Shown here: piece by piece, positions 16,918 to 27,079 of the stretch | Position numbering within the stretch: position 1 is the stretch's first letter | Layout: each line of letters begins with the position of its first letter | Virus genome (UHGV): UHGV-0042155 | DNA: 29,839 nucleotides | From: a virus | Reading direction: 5' to 3' (one strand) | Made by a program: the position numbers and the translations under genes | Notes under the pieces: model-generated | What the model was told of the DNA's origin: nothing | The model's input: only the letters and a program-made list of their open reading frames with translations | The model's database searches: none

Positions 16918-17866
16918 ATGGCAGCGAGTTAACGAAAGAACTGAAAAGGGCCTTATCTTTATTGCTAATTGATTTTTTCAAATGTAGTTGATGATTTAAA
17001 GGTTTAAAGTTTTCCTTTGTGAGATATATACATGCTTTCTCAAAACGATCCTGAAGGAATTGAAATCTTTCATTCAGCCTGGAAACTTTTAATCCTAATG
17101 ACATGACCTTCTTCTCAGGAATATCGTCAGGATTGCAATTATTGAGTTCTTCCAGCACAAGGCGAATATCTCTTTCGAAGATTGGCGCTATGTTATAATC
17201 GTTGAGGAGGCATTCAGGATTACGAACAATGCCAATTACTTCGTCGATGAATTGTGGTTTTACATTATCCTCAGCATTTTCATCTTCGTTATCGGAAGGT
17301 TTTTGAGACATAACATTCGACAACTGCATTTCTTCCTTGGTTTTCCTTCTGGGAAGTAAAACTTTTCCATCTCCTAAAGCAGCCATACGTTTCAAAGCTT
17401 GACTCCCGGCTCGGCCAACTACTTTAGAATCTCTTAAATCTAAAATTTTATGTGCGACCCATTCTAATGATGGTTCACTGGCTTCGATTTTGGCTTTTGC
17501 TTGGTAATGGAGAAAAATATTTTTCTTGGCTTCCTTGAGGGCTGTTAGATATCTGTGGAAATTTGCCTTTTTCTCGAGGTCAGTGGCTAGGTTTTCAAAT
17601 GCTATACCGAAGACTTTTGTACCGCAAACGTGACCCAGGTTCGTCTCCAGACCATCCTCAGTAAGAACAAGAAACCCTTTTTTATGGCCTGTTCGACAGC
17701 TCGACTTGCCACACGGGATTTCTTCCGGGAGGTCATCATAATAACCAAAAACATCGGATAATTGTTGATCGGTCAGTTCCAGCCTGGAATGATAGCTTTC
17801 CCGAGCTTGAATTTCTGTCCAGTCATTAATGCGATCAAAGCTATTGCCGTTTTTAATAAAAATCAT
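16916..17866 (-). CDS. hypothetical AT-rich moron protein (316 aa), antisense to the late transcript
   Basis: Long ORF of low GC on the strand opposite the late operon, between tR' and the tRNA cluster; Cys/His cluster CGKSSCRTGH...GHVCG; no recognisable family. Confidence 0.7.
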   Translation of the reverse strand: MIFIKNGNSFDRINDWTEIQARESYHSRLELTDQQLSDVFGYYDDLPEEIPCGKSSCRTGHKKGFLVLTEDGLETNLGHVCGTKVFGIAFENLATDLEKKANFHRYLTALKEAKKNIFLHYQAKAKIEASEPSLEWVAHKILDLRDSKVVGRAGSQALKRMAALGDGKVLLPRRKTKEEMQLSNVMSQKPSDNEDENAEDNVKPQFIDEVIGIVRNPECLLNDYNIAPIFERDIRLVLEELNNCNPDDIPEKKVMSLGLKVSRLNERFQFLQDRFEKACIYLTKENFKPLNHQLHLKKSISNKDKALFSSFVNSLP

Positions 17867-17991
17867 ATCTTCCCTTGCTCTGGTTAGATTGAAAGCACTG
17901 CCGCTTGATATTTAACCATTTCCCTGATTGTTTTTCATCATAAAACCATATTATTGCAAGGGTAGTTTTACCTATGTATCTTCTTGCTCCC

Positions 17992-18068
17992 GGCCCTTTA
18001 GCTCAGTTGGTTAGAGCGTGCGACTCATAATCGCCCGGTCGCTGGTTCAAGTCCAGCAAGGGCCACCA
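17992..18068 (+). tRNA. tRNA with CAU anticodon (Ile2/lysidine-type or Met)
   Basis: Cloverleaf read by hand: acceptor ggccctt/aagggcc, D arm gctc...gagc, anticodon loop ctCATaa, T arm gctgg-ttcaagt-ccagc, encoded CCA; resembles enterobacterial tRNA-Ile2. Confidence 0.85.
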
Positions 18069-18070
18069 GA

Positions 18071-18144
18071 CCGCCACTAGCTCATCGGGAAGAGCGGCAA
18101 CCCAGGTGTTGTGGTACGGGGTTCGAGGCTCCGGTGGCGGACCA
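18071..18144 (+). tRNA. tRNA-like gene with non-canonical 6-nt anticodon loop (possible pseudogene)
   Basis: Good acceptor (ccgccac/gtggcgg), D arm and T arm and an encoded CCA, but the best anticodon fold is gcaac-ccaggt-gttgt with a 6-nt loop. Confidence 0.5.
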
Positions 18145-18146
18145 CT

Positions 18147-18222
<76 letters not shown>

Positions 18223-18225
18223 TAT

Positions 18226-18300
<75 letters not shown>

Positions 18301-18680
18301 GTTTAAGCTTTTCGGTCTGCGATGATGGGTTCCCCGGAGTGACTGGAAAGCGACCTGGTTTTGAATGGGCGCTGCTTTTTGCAAAATTGCTGTGTGAAAA
18401 TACTGACCTTTGGGTTCAGCGCTCATCCAAAAGCATCACGTGAATTCACCAACGCTCATGTACTCTCCAGGAAACAATAAGTGATTCTGAAAAGTTCCGG
18501 TTAGATATTGCCCCGGTCACCGGATGATTTTATCTTTTGGTTCGTGGTGAATCCCCCTATGCGGCGGGGCGTCCAGTCAAACTTTTTTGTCCAGGTTTGT
18601 TTGCGCGGAACTAGTCGGCTGGGGCTGTTCCACCGGGAGGCACCCGGCGCCACCTCCTTGACGGTATTGTTATTTTTCAT

Positions 18681-18707
18681 GCCTGTTCGTCCGAGCAGGC
18701 TTTTTTT
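18681..18707 (+). terminator. strong rho-independent terminator
   Basis: 8-bp stem (18681-18688 with 18693-18700) followed by TTTTTTT at 18701-18707. Confidence 0.6.
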
Positions 18708-18738
18708 GCCCGCATTATCTTCATTGAAAACTGGCAAC

Positions 18739-18909
18739 TCAGAGAATCATCCAAATTAAAAAAGCAGCAACGAGAGCGATTACTAATACATTCTTCGCTT
18801 TTTCTCTTCTGCTGGCCTTCACAAAAGGATTCACTATCCGGCAGTGGCTACACACAAGTGATTCTGGGTTAATTAACTTTCCGCAGTAGGGGCAGGGCTT
18901 GATAATCAT
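18739..18909 (-). CDS. 56-aa zinc-ribbon plus single-TM small protein (below the ORF-track cutoff)
   Basis: Translation MIIKPCPYCGKLINPESLVCSHCRIVNPFVKASRREKAKNVLVIALVAAFLIWMIL has paired CxxC motifs and a hydrophobic C-terminal helix; weak Shine-Dalgarno. Confidence 0.35.
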   Translation of the reverse strand: MIIKPCPYCGKLINPESLVCSHCRIVNPFVKASRREKAKNVLVIALVAAFLIWMIL

Positions 18910-19117
18910 TGGTACTAATTAAGTTGTGAGAACGTAGTCTCATTTAACCACATTTATCGAGTTGTTTTACTAATGGTCTAGTTATTTCAGACATATTCAT
19001 CAATTTCAGGCTCACGGGAATCATCCGCTACGTGCTTTGTTGATAAATCCAGCCCGTGAAGCCTGACCCTTTTCAAACACACACACAGCACCATCCGGAA
19101 AATCGGAGGTGAGGCCT

Positions 19118-19441
19118 ATGAAAATGCCATACAAACAAGATTTCATCGCTGCGCTACTTGCCGCCAAGGAGCAGGGTATTGGTGCAATGCTGGCTTTTAT
19201 CATGGCGTATCTGCGTGGTCGCTATAACGGCGGCGCGGTAACAAAAACGCTAATTGATGCGCTGATGTGCGCGATGATTGCCTGGTTCGTTCGTGACCTT
19301 CTGGACTTTATCGGCCTGAGCAGCAACCTCGCCTACATAGCCAGCGTCTTTATTGGATACATCGGCACCGATTCGATCGGCAATCTTATTAAAAAACTTG
19401 CAGCAAAAAAGGCGGGAGTTGACGATGCAAACCAGTCCTGA
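19118..19441 (+). CDS. S: lambda S-type holin
   Basis: [40 protein letters not shown]... closely matches lambda S including the Met-Lys-Met dual start; the track start at 19109 is GTG. Confidence 0.9.
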   Translation: MKMPYKQDFIAALLAAKEQGIGAMLAFIMAYLRGRYNGGAVTKTLIDALMCAMIAWFVRDLLDFIGLSSNLAYIASVFIGYIGTDSIGNLIKKLAAKKAGVDDANQS

Positions 19442-19874
19442 CGGAATTGCTCTGATAAAAAAATTTGAAGGTTGTCGGCTGACTGCTTACCCCGACCCCG
19501 GAACGGGAGATGCGCCGTGGACCATCGGCTATGGCTGGACCCATCCGGTTGACGGAAAGCCAGTAAAGCGCGGTATGACTATCGACCAGCAAACCGCTGA
19601 CAGGCTTCTGAAAACAGGGCTTGTTGGTTATGAGAATGACGTGCTGAAAGTTGTCAGGGTGAAGCTGACACAAGGCCAGTTCGACGCACTGGTGTCGTTC
19701 GCTTACAACGTTGGGTCGCGTGCTCTTTCCACATCTACACTGCTGAAAAAGCTGAATGCTGGCGATATAAAAGGCGCGGCAGATGAATTTCTGCGCTGGA
19801 ATAAATCAGGCGGAAAGGTGATGCCGGGGCTCACGAATCGCCGCAAGGCAGAGCGAGCTCTGTTCCTGTCATGA
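19425..19874 (+). CDS. endolysin, T4/P22-type lysozyme (not lambda R transglycosylase type)
   Basis: [33 protein letters not shown]...[12 protein letters not shown] lysozyme motifs; start overlaps the holin 3' end; GGAG Shine-Dalgarno. Confidence 0.85.
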   Translation: MQTSPDGIALIKKFEGCRLTAYPDPGTGDAPWTIGYGWTHPVDGKPVKRGMTIDQQTADRLLKTGLVGYENDVLKVVRVKLTQGQFDALVSFAYNVGSRALSTSTLLKKLNAGDIKGAADEFLRWNKSGGKVMPGLTNRRKAERALFLS

Positions 19875-20344
19875 TTAGCGCACTGGTTAAGCGTTACTGG
19901 CTGCAGTTGCTGGTGCTGGCGTTAATCGGCGCACTGGCTTTCTTCGTGAACCACTACCGCGACAACGCCATCACTTACAGAGACCAGCGCGATAAAGCCA
20001 CAAAGAACCTCCGCCTGGCTAATGCCACCATCAAAGATATGCAGACCCGCCAGCGTGATGTCGCTGCACTGGATGCCAAATACACGAAGGAATTGTCCGA
20101 TGCGAAAAAGACCATTAACGATTTGCGTCGTGATGTCGATTCTGGCGCTAAACGGCTGCGCATCGCCGCAACCTGCCCTGGAGTGCCAAAAGCCACCTCC
20201 TCCACCGGCGTGGATGATGCAGGAGTCCCCGAACTTACTCCAGACGCTCGACGGAATTATTTCGATCACCGGGACGGAATCGCAACCGCTGACAAAATGA
20301 TTCGCGGCATGCAGGACTACATCAAAGAGCAGTGTCTTAAGTGA
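19871..20344 (+). CDS. Rz: Rz i-spanin
   Basis: N-terminal TM segment then coiled-coil-like region; start overlaps the lysozyme stop; Rz1 is embedded in the +1 frame. Confidence 0.85.
   Translation: MISALVKRYWLQLLVLALIGALAFFVNHYRDNAITYRDQRDKATKNLRLANATIKDMQTRQRDVAALDAKYTKELSDAKKTINDLRRDVDSGAKRLRIAATCPGVPKATSSTGVDDAGVPELTPDARRNYFDHRDGIATADKMIRGMQDYIKEQCLK
20100..20300 (+). CDS. Rz1: Rz1 o-spanin lipoprotein, embedded in Rz
   Basis: [20 protein letters not shown] signal peptide with lipobox Cys, and the proline-rich [11 protein letters not shown] motif also seen in lambda Rz1. Confidence 0.7.
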   Translation: MRKRPLTICVVMSILALNGCASPQPALECQKPPPPPAWMMQESPNLLQTLDGIISITGTESQPLTK

Positions 20345-20363
20345 TTCGTCACCCAAATAACAG

Positions 20364-20388
20364 AGCCTGACTTCGGTCGGGCTTTTTT
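20364..20388 (+). terminator. terminator-like hairpin after Rz
   Basis: gcctgac-ttcg-gtcgggc stem with one mismatch, followed by TTTTTT. Confidence 0.5.
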
Positions 20389-20415
20389 ATTCCCAGAAGA
20401 AGCAGGAGAAGAAGC

Positions 20416-20616
20416 ATGTTAACAGTAAAAGTAATGTCGCCAGGTGGCGGTGAAGAGATTCATTGCGGGTTGAGTGTAGGGTTCAATCCGGGGCAGCAGA
20501 GCATCGCGGTATCGGGAATGGACAAAAATGTATTCCTGAAACCTGGCGAGGTCGCCTACGTGATGAACCAGAACGGGAAGACGGTATCTCGTTACGAGCA
20601 TAATGACCGCCAGTAG
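20416..20616 (+). CDS. hypothetical small protein (66 aa)
   Basis: ORF with an AGGAG Shine-Dalgarno directly after the post-Rz terminator. Confidence 0.5.
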   Translation: MLTVKVMSPGGGEEIHCGLSVGFNPGQQSIAVSGMDKNVFLKPGEVAYVMNQNGKTVSRYEHNDRQ

Positions 20617-20865
20617 CCATTCCAAAGCTCACCTGCTGGTGGGCTTGATAATGGATATCCCCCTGAGCGGATAAATCAAAAATAACCCCTGCAACGGATA
20701 ATGACGGAGCAACAGATGGCAAAAGCCAAATGGCACAGACTTCCGGCATTCACCATTCCGCCAGGTGACGCAGCCAGAATTGTTGATTGGCTGATCGCGG
20801 CATTACAGCAGGCATTCACTGAGTGCCTGTGATAATGCAACAGCCCGTACAAAACGGGCTTGGAT

Positions 20866-21480
20866 TTATCTCTTTGTTGCGTTCATGGTCACATGGTAAA
20901 CGAATTGGCTAAATTGGTTATCCCAGCGCCCATTATGATTAGCTGCAACTAATTGCATTAACGCCTGCATTAACTTGCTGAACAGCAAGATTAACTTAAG
21001 TCTGTTTTTTGAACTGTCACTATCTAAGGAAACTTCTTCGGTTAATTGATTCTCGGCGTTAAAAATACCCAGTTTTGATTCTTCCATGCTGGGTTCCGTT
21101 GGATGCTGTTTAAAGTATTCAGTCAGAGTATCCGTCAGGCTCTGGATCCTTGAATCAGCAATGCTTTGTATTGATGGATTGTGTGCAAGGTCATTACGCA
21201 TTGAGTTGATGGTTTTAAGTGATTTCATAAGTTCCGTGGGGATTCCCAGGTTTCCCGCCATGGATATTTTAGTATTACATTCGATTAAAAGTTTGTTTTT
21301 ATCTCTTCCAAAGAGATCTTGGCAGTCACAGCATGCGCATATCCATGCTTCGACCATGCGCTCACAAAGTAGGTGAATGCGCAATGTAGTACCCACATCG
21401 TCATCGCTTTCCACTGCTCTCGCGAATAAAGATGGAAAATCAATCTCATGGTAATAGTCCATGAAAATCCTTGTATTCAT
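20866..21480 (-). CDS. hypothetical AT-rich moron protein (204 aa) with Rx4H HEPN-like motif
   Basis: Opposite-strand, low-GC ORF between the lysis cassette and cos, where lambda carries bor; contains SMRNDLAHNP (R-x4-H) and a Cys cluster CACCDC. Confidence 0.7.
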   Translation of the reverse strand: MNTRIFMDYYHEIDFPSLFARAVESDDDVGTTLRIHLLCERMVEAWICACCDCQDLFGRDKNKLLIECNTKISMAGNLGIPTELMKSLKTINSMRNDLAHNPSIQSIADSRIQSLTDTLTEYFKQHPTEPSMEESKLGIFNAENQLTEEVSLDSDSSKNRLKLILLFSKLMQALMQLVAANHNGRWDNQFSQFVYHVTMNATKR

Positions 21481-21865
21481 AAATCCTCCAGGTAGCTATA
21501 TGCAAATTGAAACAAAAGAGATGGTGATCTTTCTAAGAGATGATGGAATCTCCCTTCAGTATCCCGATGGTCAATGCGCTGGATATGGGATAGATGGGAA
21601 TATGCTGATTTTTATGGGACAGAGTTGCGAACTGTTCCCAACTAAAATCATTTTGCACGATCAGCGCACTACGAACTTTACCCACAAATAGTCAGGTAAT
21701 GAATCCTGATATAAAGACAGGTTGATAAATCAGTCTTCTACGCGCATCGCACGCGCACATCAAAGAGAGTCTTTCAGTAGTGAGCCTGGGTGATGCCGTT
21801 AGGTTGCGTTTACCTCTCGGGCGGCATTGCCGTGCGACAGGCTCACGCCTAAAAGGAAATATTCC

Positions 21866-22594
21866 ATGAGTAACAAAATCATTACGCTATCTGGCGCTGC
21901 TAATGAAGTGCTTTATGCGCTGTTTTTCCGTGGCGCGTTGCTGTCTGGTGATCTGCCTTCTAAATCTGGCACAGCCGAATTGCGCGAGCTTGGTTTTGCT
22001 GAAACCAGACACACAGCAACTGAATACCAGAAAGAAAATCACTTTACCTTTCTGACATCAGAAGGGCAGAAATTTGCCGTTGAACACCTGGTCAATACGC
22101 GTTTTGGTGAGCAGCAATATTGCGCTTCGATGACGCTTGGCGTTGAGATTGATACCTCTGCTGCACAAAAGGCAATCGACGAGCTGGACCAGCGCATTCG
22201 TGACACCGTCTCCTTCGAACTTATTCGCAATGGAGTGTCATTCATCAAGGACGCCGCTATCGCAAATGGTACTATCCACGCAGCGGCAATCGAAACACCT
22301 CAGCCGGTGACCAATATCTACAACATCAGCCTTGGTATCCAGCGTGATGAGCCAGCGCAGAACAAGGTAACCGTCAGTGCCGATAAGTTCAAAGTTAAAC
22401 CTGGTGTTGATACCAACATTGAAACGTTGATCGAAAACGCGCTGAAAAACGCTGCTGAATGTGCGGCGCTGGATGTCACAAAGCAAATGGCAGCAGACAA
22501 GAAAGCGATGGATGAACTGGCTTCCTATGTCCGCACGGCCATCATGATGGAATGTTTCCCCGGTGGTGTTATCTGGCAGCAGTGCCGTCGATAG
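21866..22594 (+). CDS. hypothetical phage protein immediately upstream of cos
   Basis: First ATG with an AAGGAA Shine-Dalgarno (track start 21827 lies upstream); 242 aa; family not recognised. Confidence 0.65.
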   Translation: MSNKIITLSGAANEVLYALFFRGALLSGDLPSKSGTAELRELGFAETRHTATEYQKENHFTFLTSEGQKFAVEHLVNTRFGEQQYCASMTLGVEIDTSAAQKAIDELDQRIRDTVSFELIRNGVSFIKDAAIANGTIHAAAIETPQPVTNIYNISLGIQRDEPAQNKVTVSADKFKVKPGVDTNIETLIENALKNAAECAALDVTKQMAADKKAMDELASYVRTAIMMECFPGGVIWQQCRR

Positions 22595-22652
22595 TGTGCA
22601 ATTGATAATTATTATCGTTTGCGGGTCCTTTCCGGCGATCCGCCTTGTTACG

Positions 22653-22664
22653 GGGCGGCGTCCG
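22653..22664. other. lambda-type cos site, cosN 12-nt cohesive end
   Basis: gatccgccttgttacg|GGGCGGCGTCCG|cgcag...ctatttatgaaaatttt parallels the lambda right-end/left-end junction (lambda overhang GGGCGGCGACCT); cosB-like sequence follows, then Nu1. Confidence 0.75.
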
Positions 22665-22841
22665 CGCAGATTCTCGCTATTTATGAAAATTTTCAGGCAT
22701 TTGCCGTTTCCGTTCTTCTTCTCGCTAATTCATTGTTTTAACTGTAAACACCCCCTGAAAAGAAAGGAAATGATAAGCCTTAAAAACGGCTAAATAGCCA
22801 GAGGGCGTTTCCTTTCTCTGTTTTTGTGTATGGAGTGAGCT

Positions 22842-23387
22842 ATGGAGGTCAACAAAAAGCGTCTTTCTGAAATATTTGGGGTCAGCGTGCGAACCATTCA
22901 GAACTGGCAGGATCAGGGAATGCCTGTAGCACGTGGCGGTGGAAAAGGTAATGAGGTCCTCTATGAATCTTCCGCGGCTATCGAATGGTATTCCGCACGC
23001 GACGCGGCGATTGAGAATGAGAAATTACGGAAGGAGGTGGAAGACCTTCGTCTTGCATCGGAATCCGACCTTCAGCCTGGTACGATTGACTATGAGCGTC
23101 ACCGCCTCACCCGAGCGCAGGCAGATGCCCAGGAACTAAAAAATGCAAAAGATTCCGCTGAGGTGGTGGAAACCGCATTCTGCACGTTCGTGCTGTCGCG
23201 GATGGCCGGAGAAGTAGCCAGCATTCTTGATGGAGTTCCTCTGTCGGTTCAGCGGCGCTTCCCGGAGCTGGAAAACCGACATATTGATTTCCTCAAGAAG
23301 GACATCATTAAAGCCATGAACAAAGCAGCTGCGCTGGATGAAATAATACCGGGGTTGCTGAGTGAATATATCGAACAGTCAGGTTAA
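22842..23387 (+). CDS. Nu1: terminase small subunit
   Basis: MEVNKKRLSEIFGVSVRTIQNWQDQGMPVARGGGKGNEVLYES... is near-identical to lambda Nu1. Confidence 0.95.
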   Translation: MEVNKKRLSEIFGVSVRTIQNWQDQGMPVARGGGKGNEVLYESSAAIEWYSARDAAIENEKLRKEVEDLRLASESDLQPGTIDYERHRLTRAQADAQELKNAKDSAEVVETAFCTFVLSRMAGEVASILDGVPLSVQRRFPELENRHIDFLKKDIIKAMNKAAALDEIIPGLLSEYIEQSG

Positions 23388-25284
23388 GGGGCTGCAGCAC
23401 TCTGCGCGCGCGGGTCTACTTTCGCTGTACCGACCTGAGCCGCAAACGGCGGTTGAATGGGCAGACGATAATTACTATCTCCCCAAAGAGTCGGCCTACC
23501 AGGAAGGGCGCTGGGAAACGTTGCCGTTTCAACGCGCGATCATGAATGCGATGGGTAACGATTACATACGTGAGGTCAACGTTGTTAAGTCTGCCCGTGT
23601 TGGCTATTCAAAAATGTTGCTGGGTGTTTATGCGTATTTTATTCAGCACAAGCAGCGAAATTCCCTTATCTGGCTGCCTACTGATGGTGACGCCGAAAAC
23701 TTTATGAAGTCGCATGTTGAGCCGACGATTCGCGATATTCCGTCACTTCTGGCGCTGGCCCCCTGGTATGGAAAAAAGCACCGGGACAATACGCTCAGTA
23801 TGAAACGCTTCTCCAACGGTCGCGGGTTCTGGTGTCTGGGTGGTAAAGCGGCGAAAAACTATCGTGAGAAATCGGTCGATGTCGCCGGTTACGATGAACT
23901 GGCGGCATTCGATGAAGATATTGAGAAAGAGGGATCCCCGACGTTCCTGGGTGATAAACGTATTGAGGGGTCTGTCTGGCCCAAATCTATTCGCGGCTCA
24001 ACGCCAAAAACAAAGGGGACCTGCCAGATTGAGCGTGCTGCCAGCGAGTCCGGGCATTTCATGCGTTTTCATGTTGCCTGTCCGCACTGTGGTGAAGAGC
24101 AGTACCTTAAATTCGGCGACAAAGAGACCCCGTTCGGGCTGAAATGGACACCGGGCGAACCCTCCAGCGTCTTTTACCTGTGTGAACATAATGCCTGCGT
24201 CATTAAGCAGCAGGAGCTGGATTTCACTGAAGCTCGTTACATCTGCGACACCACCGGGATCTGGACGCGCGACGGTTTATCCTGGTTTTCATCAACAGGC
24301 ACCGAAATCGACCCGCCAGACAGCGTGACGTTTCACATCTGGACGGCATACAGCCCGTTTACCACCTGGGTTCAGATCGTTAAAGACTGGCTAAAAACGA
24401 AAGGGGATACAGGAAAGCGTAAAACCTTCGTGAACACCACTCTGGGCGAAACATGGGAGCCTAAAATTGGTGAACGGCCTGACGCGGAGCTCATGGCCGA
24501 ACGCAAAGAGTTCTTCGGGGCATCCGTACCGGAGCGTGTTGCTTATCTGACAGCCGGGATCGACTCCCAACTGGATCGATATGAAATGCGCGTCTGGGGA
24601 TGGGGGCCCGGTGAGGAAAGCTGGCTGATTGACCGGCAGATCATTATGGGCCGTCATGATGATGAAGCGACCCTCGTCAGGGTGGACGAGGCGATTAACA
24701 AAACCTATCTCCGAAAGAATGGCGTGGAAATGTCGGTATCCCGTATCTGCTGGGATATCGGCGGTATTGACCCCACCATTGTCTACAACCGCTCAAAAAA
24801 ACACGGTCTGTTTCGTGTGATCCCTATAAAGGGGGCGTCGGTTTATGGAAAGCCAGTGGCGAACATGCCACGCAAGCGTAACAAGAATGGTGTTTACCTC
24901 ACAGAGGTAGGAACAGACACCGCAAAAGAGCAGATTTATAACCGTTTCACGCTGGTGGCGCAAAGAGACGAGCCGCTGGCGGGAGCGGTTCATTTCCCGA
25001 ATAACCCAGAAATCTACGATCTAACAGAGGCCCAACAACTAACAGCTGAAGAGCAGGTGGAAAAATGGGTAGACGGAAAGAAAAAGATCGTCTGGGACAG
25101 CAAAAAACGACGAAATGAGGCGCTCGATTGCTTTGTTTATGCACTGGCGGCGCTGCGTATAAGCATATCCCGCTGGCAGCTAAATCTTGATTCACTTCTG
25201 GCCAGCCTGCTGGAGGAAGAAGGCAGCCGTAACAATAACAAGACCCTGGCGGATTACGCGCGGGCATTATCTGGAGATGAATAA
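23362..25284 (+). CDS. A: terminase large subunit
   Basis: 640 aa; MNISNSQV...[41 protein letters not shown] is near-identical to lambda gpA; overlaps the Nu1 3' end as in lambda. Confidence 0.95.
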   Translation: MNISNSQVKGLQHSARAGLLSLYRPEPQTAVEWADDNYYLPKESAYQEGRWETLPFQRAIMNAMGNDYIREVNVVKSARVGYSKMLLGVYAYFIQHKQRNSLIWLPTDGDAENFMKSHVEPTIRDIPSLLALAPWYGKKHRDNTLSMKRFSNGRGFWCLGGKAAKNYREKSVDVAGYDELAAFDEDIEKEGSPTFLGDKRIEGSVWPKSIRGSTPKTKGTCQIERAASESGHFMRFHVACPHCGEEQYLKFGDKETPFGLKWTPGEPSSVFYLCEHNACVIKQQELDFTEARYICDTTGIWTRDGLSWFSSTGTEIDPPDSVTFHIWTAYSPFTTWVQIVKDWLKTKGDTGKRKTFVNTTLGETWEPKIGERPDAELMAERKEFFGASVPERVAYLTAGIDSQLDRYEMRVWGWGPGEESWLIDRQIIMGRHDDEATLVRVDEAINKTYLRKNGVEMSVSRICWDIGGIDPTIVYNRSKKHGLFRVIPIKGASVYGKPVANMPRKRNKNGVYLTEVGTDTAKEQIYNRFTLVAQRDEPLAGAVHFPNNPEIYDLTEAQQLTAEEQVEKWVDGKKKIVWDSKKRRNEALDCFVYALAALRISISRWQLNLDSLLASLLEEEGSRNNNKTLADYARALSGDE

Positions 25285-25490
25285 TGGCAACACAGACTGA
25301 ACTGGATGCCGCGCGCGCTGCGTTACATGACCTGATGATGGGAAAGCGCGTGGCGACGGTACAGAAAGACGGTCGAAGAGTGGAATTTACAGCCACTTCA
25401 GTCAGCGATCTCAAAAAATATATTACTGACCTTGAATCTCAGGTTGGCACCACATCACGACGCCGGGGGCCAGCAGGGTTTTACGTATGA
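25284..25490 (+). CDS. W: head-tail joining protein
   Basis: 68 aa; [41 protein letters not shown] matches lambda gpW. Confidence 0.9.
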   Translation: MATQTELDAARAALHDLMMGKRVATVQKDGRRVEFTATSVSDLKKYITDLESQVGTTSRRRGPAGFYV

Positions 25491-27079
25491 AAATACCATC
25501 TTTGGTGGGACCTGACGGGAAAACATCCCTTCGGGAATACGCAGGATATCATGGCGGTGGAGGCGGGTTTGGTGGGCAGCTGCGAGGCTGGAATCCGCCG
25601 AGTGAAAGTGCAGATGCCGCACTCCTACCCAACTATTCTCGCGGAAATGCCCGCGCTGACGATCTGGTGCGAAATAATGGCTACGCGGCAAACGCCGTGC
25701 AGCTCCACCAGGACCACATCGTCGGGTCATTTTTCAGACTAAGTTATCGACCAAGCTGGCGTTATCTGGGAATAAATGAGGAGGATTCACGGGCATTCTC
25801 GCGGGATGTGGAAGCTGCATGGAATGAGTATGCCGAGGACGACTTTTGCGGGATTGATGCCGAGCGTAAGCGAACGTTTACGATGATGATCCGAGAAGGT
25901 GTGGCCATGCACGCGTTTAACGGTGAATTATGCACGCAGGCGACCTGGGACAGCGATTCAACGCGTCTTTTCCGTACTCAGTTCAAAATGGTCAGTCCGA
26001 AGCGCGTCAGCAATCCGAATAATATCGGTGATACCCGGAACTGTCGCGCTGGGGTAAAAATCAATAATAGTGGTGCTGCGCTGGGATATTACGTCAGCGA
26101 TGACGGTTATCCTGGTTGGATGGCGCAGAACTGGACCTATATTCCGCGCGAGCTTCCTGGTGGCCGCCCCTCGTTTATCCATGTATTCGAACCGATGGAG
26201 GATGGACAGACCCGTGGGGCTAATGCGTTTTACAGCGTGATGGAGCAGATGAAAATGCTCGATACCCTGCAAAACACCCAGCTCCAGAGTGCGATAGTGA
26301 AGGCCATGTATGCCGCTACCATCGAGAGTGAACTGGATACCCAATCGGCGATGGACTTTATTCTCGGCGCGGATAATAAAGAGCAGCAGAGCAAACTTAC
26401 GGGCTGGCTCGGTGAAATGGCGTCCTATTACTCAGCTGCGCCTGTTCGCCTGGGTGGGGCAAGGGTTCCACACCTGTTGCCGGGTGATTCTCTCAACCTT
26501 CAGTCGGCGCAGGATACCGATAACGGCTACTCGACTTTTGAACAGTCCCTGCTGCGTTATATTGCCGCTGGGCTTGGTGTGTCGTATGAGCAGCTTTCGC
26601 GAAACTATTCGCAGATGAGCTACTCGACCGCACGCGCAAGTGCTAACGAGTCCTGGGCGTACTTTATGGGGCGTCGCAAGTTTGTGGCATCCCGACAGGC
26701 CTGTCAGATGTTTCTTTGCTGGCTTGAAGAGGCGATTGTCCGCCGCGTGGTCACGCTTCCTTCGAAAGCCCGGTTCAGTTTCCAGGAGGCGAGAACAGCC
26801 TGGGGGAATGCCAACTGGATTGGCTCTGGTCGAATGGCAATTGACGGGCTGAAAGAGGTACAGGAGGCCGTCATGCTCATTGAGGCAGGTCTCAGCACGT
26901 ATGAAAAAGAGTGCGCCAAACGCGGTGATGATTATCAGGAGATTTTTGCCCAGCAGGTCCGGGAAACCATGGAGCGTCGTGCTGCGGGTCTGAAACCACC
27001 GGCATGGGCCGCTGCAGCTTTTGAGGCCGGAGTGAAAAAATCAAACGAGGAGGAGCAAGATGGCGCACGAGCTGCGTAA
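25487..27079 (+). CDS. B: portal protein
   Basis: 530 aa; position and length match lambda gpB. Confidence 0.95.
   Translation: MKIPSLVGPDGKTSLREYAGYHGGGGGFGGQLRGWNPPSESADAALLPNYSRGNARADDLVRNNGYAANAVQLHQDHIVGSFFRLSYRPSWRYLGINEEDSRAFSRDVEAAWNEYAEDDFCGIDAERKRTFTMMIREGVAMHAFNGELCTQATWDSDSTRLFRTQFKMVSPKRVSNPNNIGDTRNCRAGVKINNSGAALGYYVSDDGYPGWMAQNWTYIPRELPGGRPSFIHVFEPMEDGQTRGANAFYSVMEQMKMLDTLQNTQLQSAIVKAMYAATIESELDTQSAMDFILGADNKEQQSKLTGWLGEMASYYSAAPVRLGGARVPHLLPGDSLNLQSAQDTDNGYSTFEQSLLRYIAAGLGVSYEQLSRNYSQMSYSTARASANESWAYFMGRRKFVASRQACQMFLCWLEEAIVRRVVTLPSKARFSFQEARTAWGNANWIGSGRMAIDGLKEVQEAVMLIEAGLSTYEKECAKRGDDYQEIFAQQVRETMERRAAGLKPPAWAAAAFEAGVKKSNEEEQDGARAA

Noticed and set aside
20701-20832. 43-aa ORF (MTEQQMAKAKWHRLPAFTIPPGDAARIVDWLIAALQQAFTECL) between the 66-aa gene and the HEPN-like moron
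   Set aside because: Weak Shine-Dalgarno and no distinctive features; it could be real, but there is too little support to list it as a feature.
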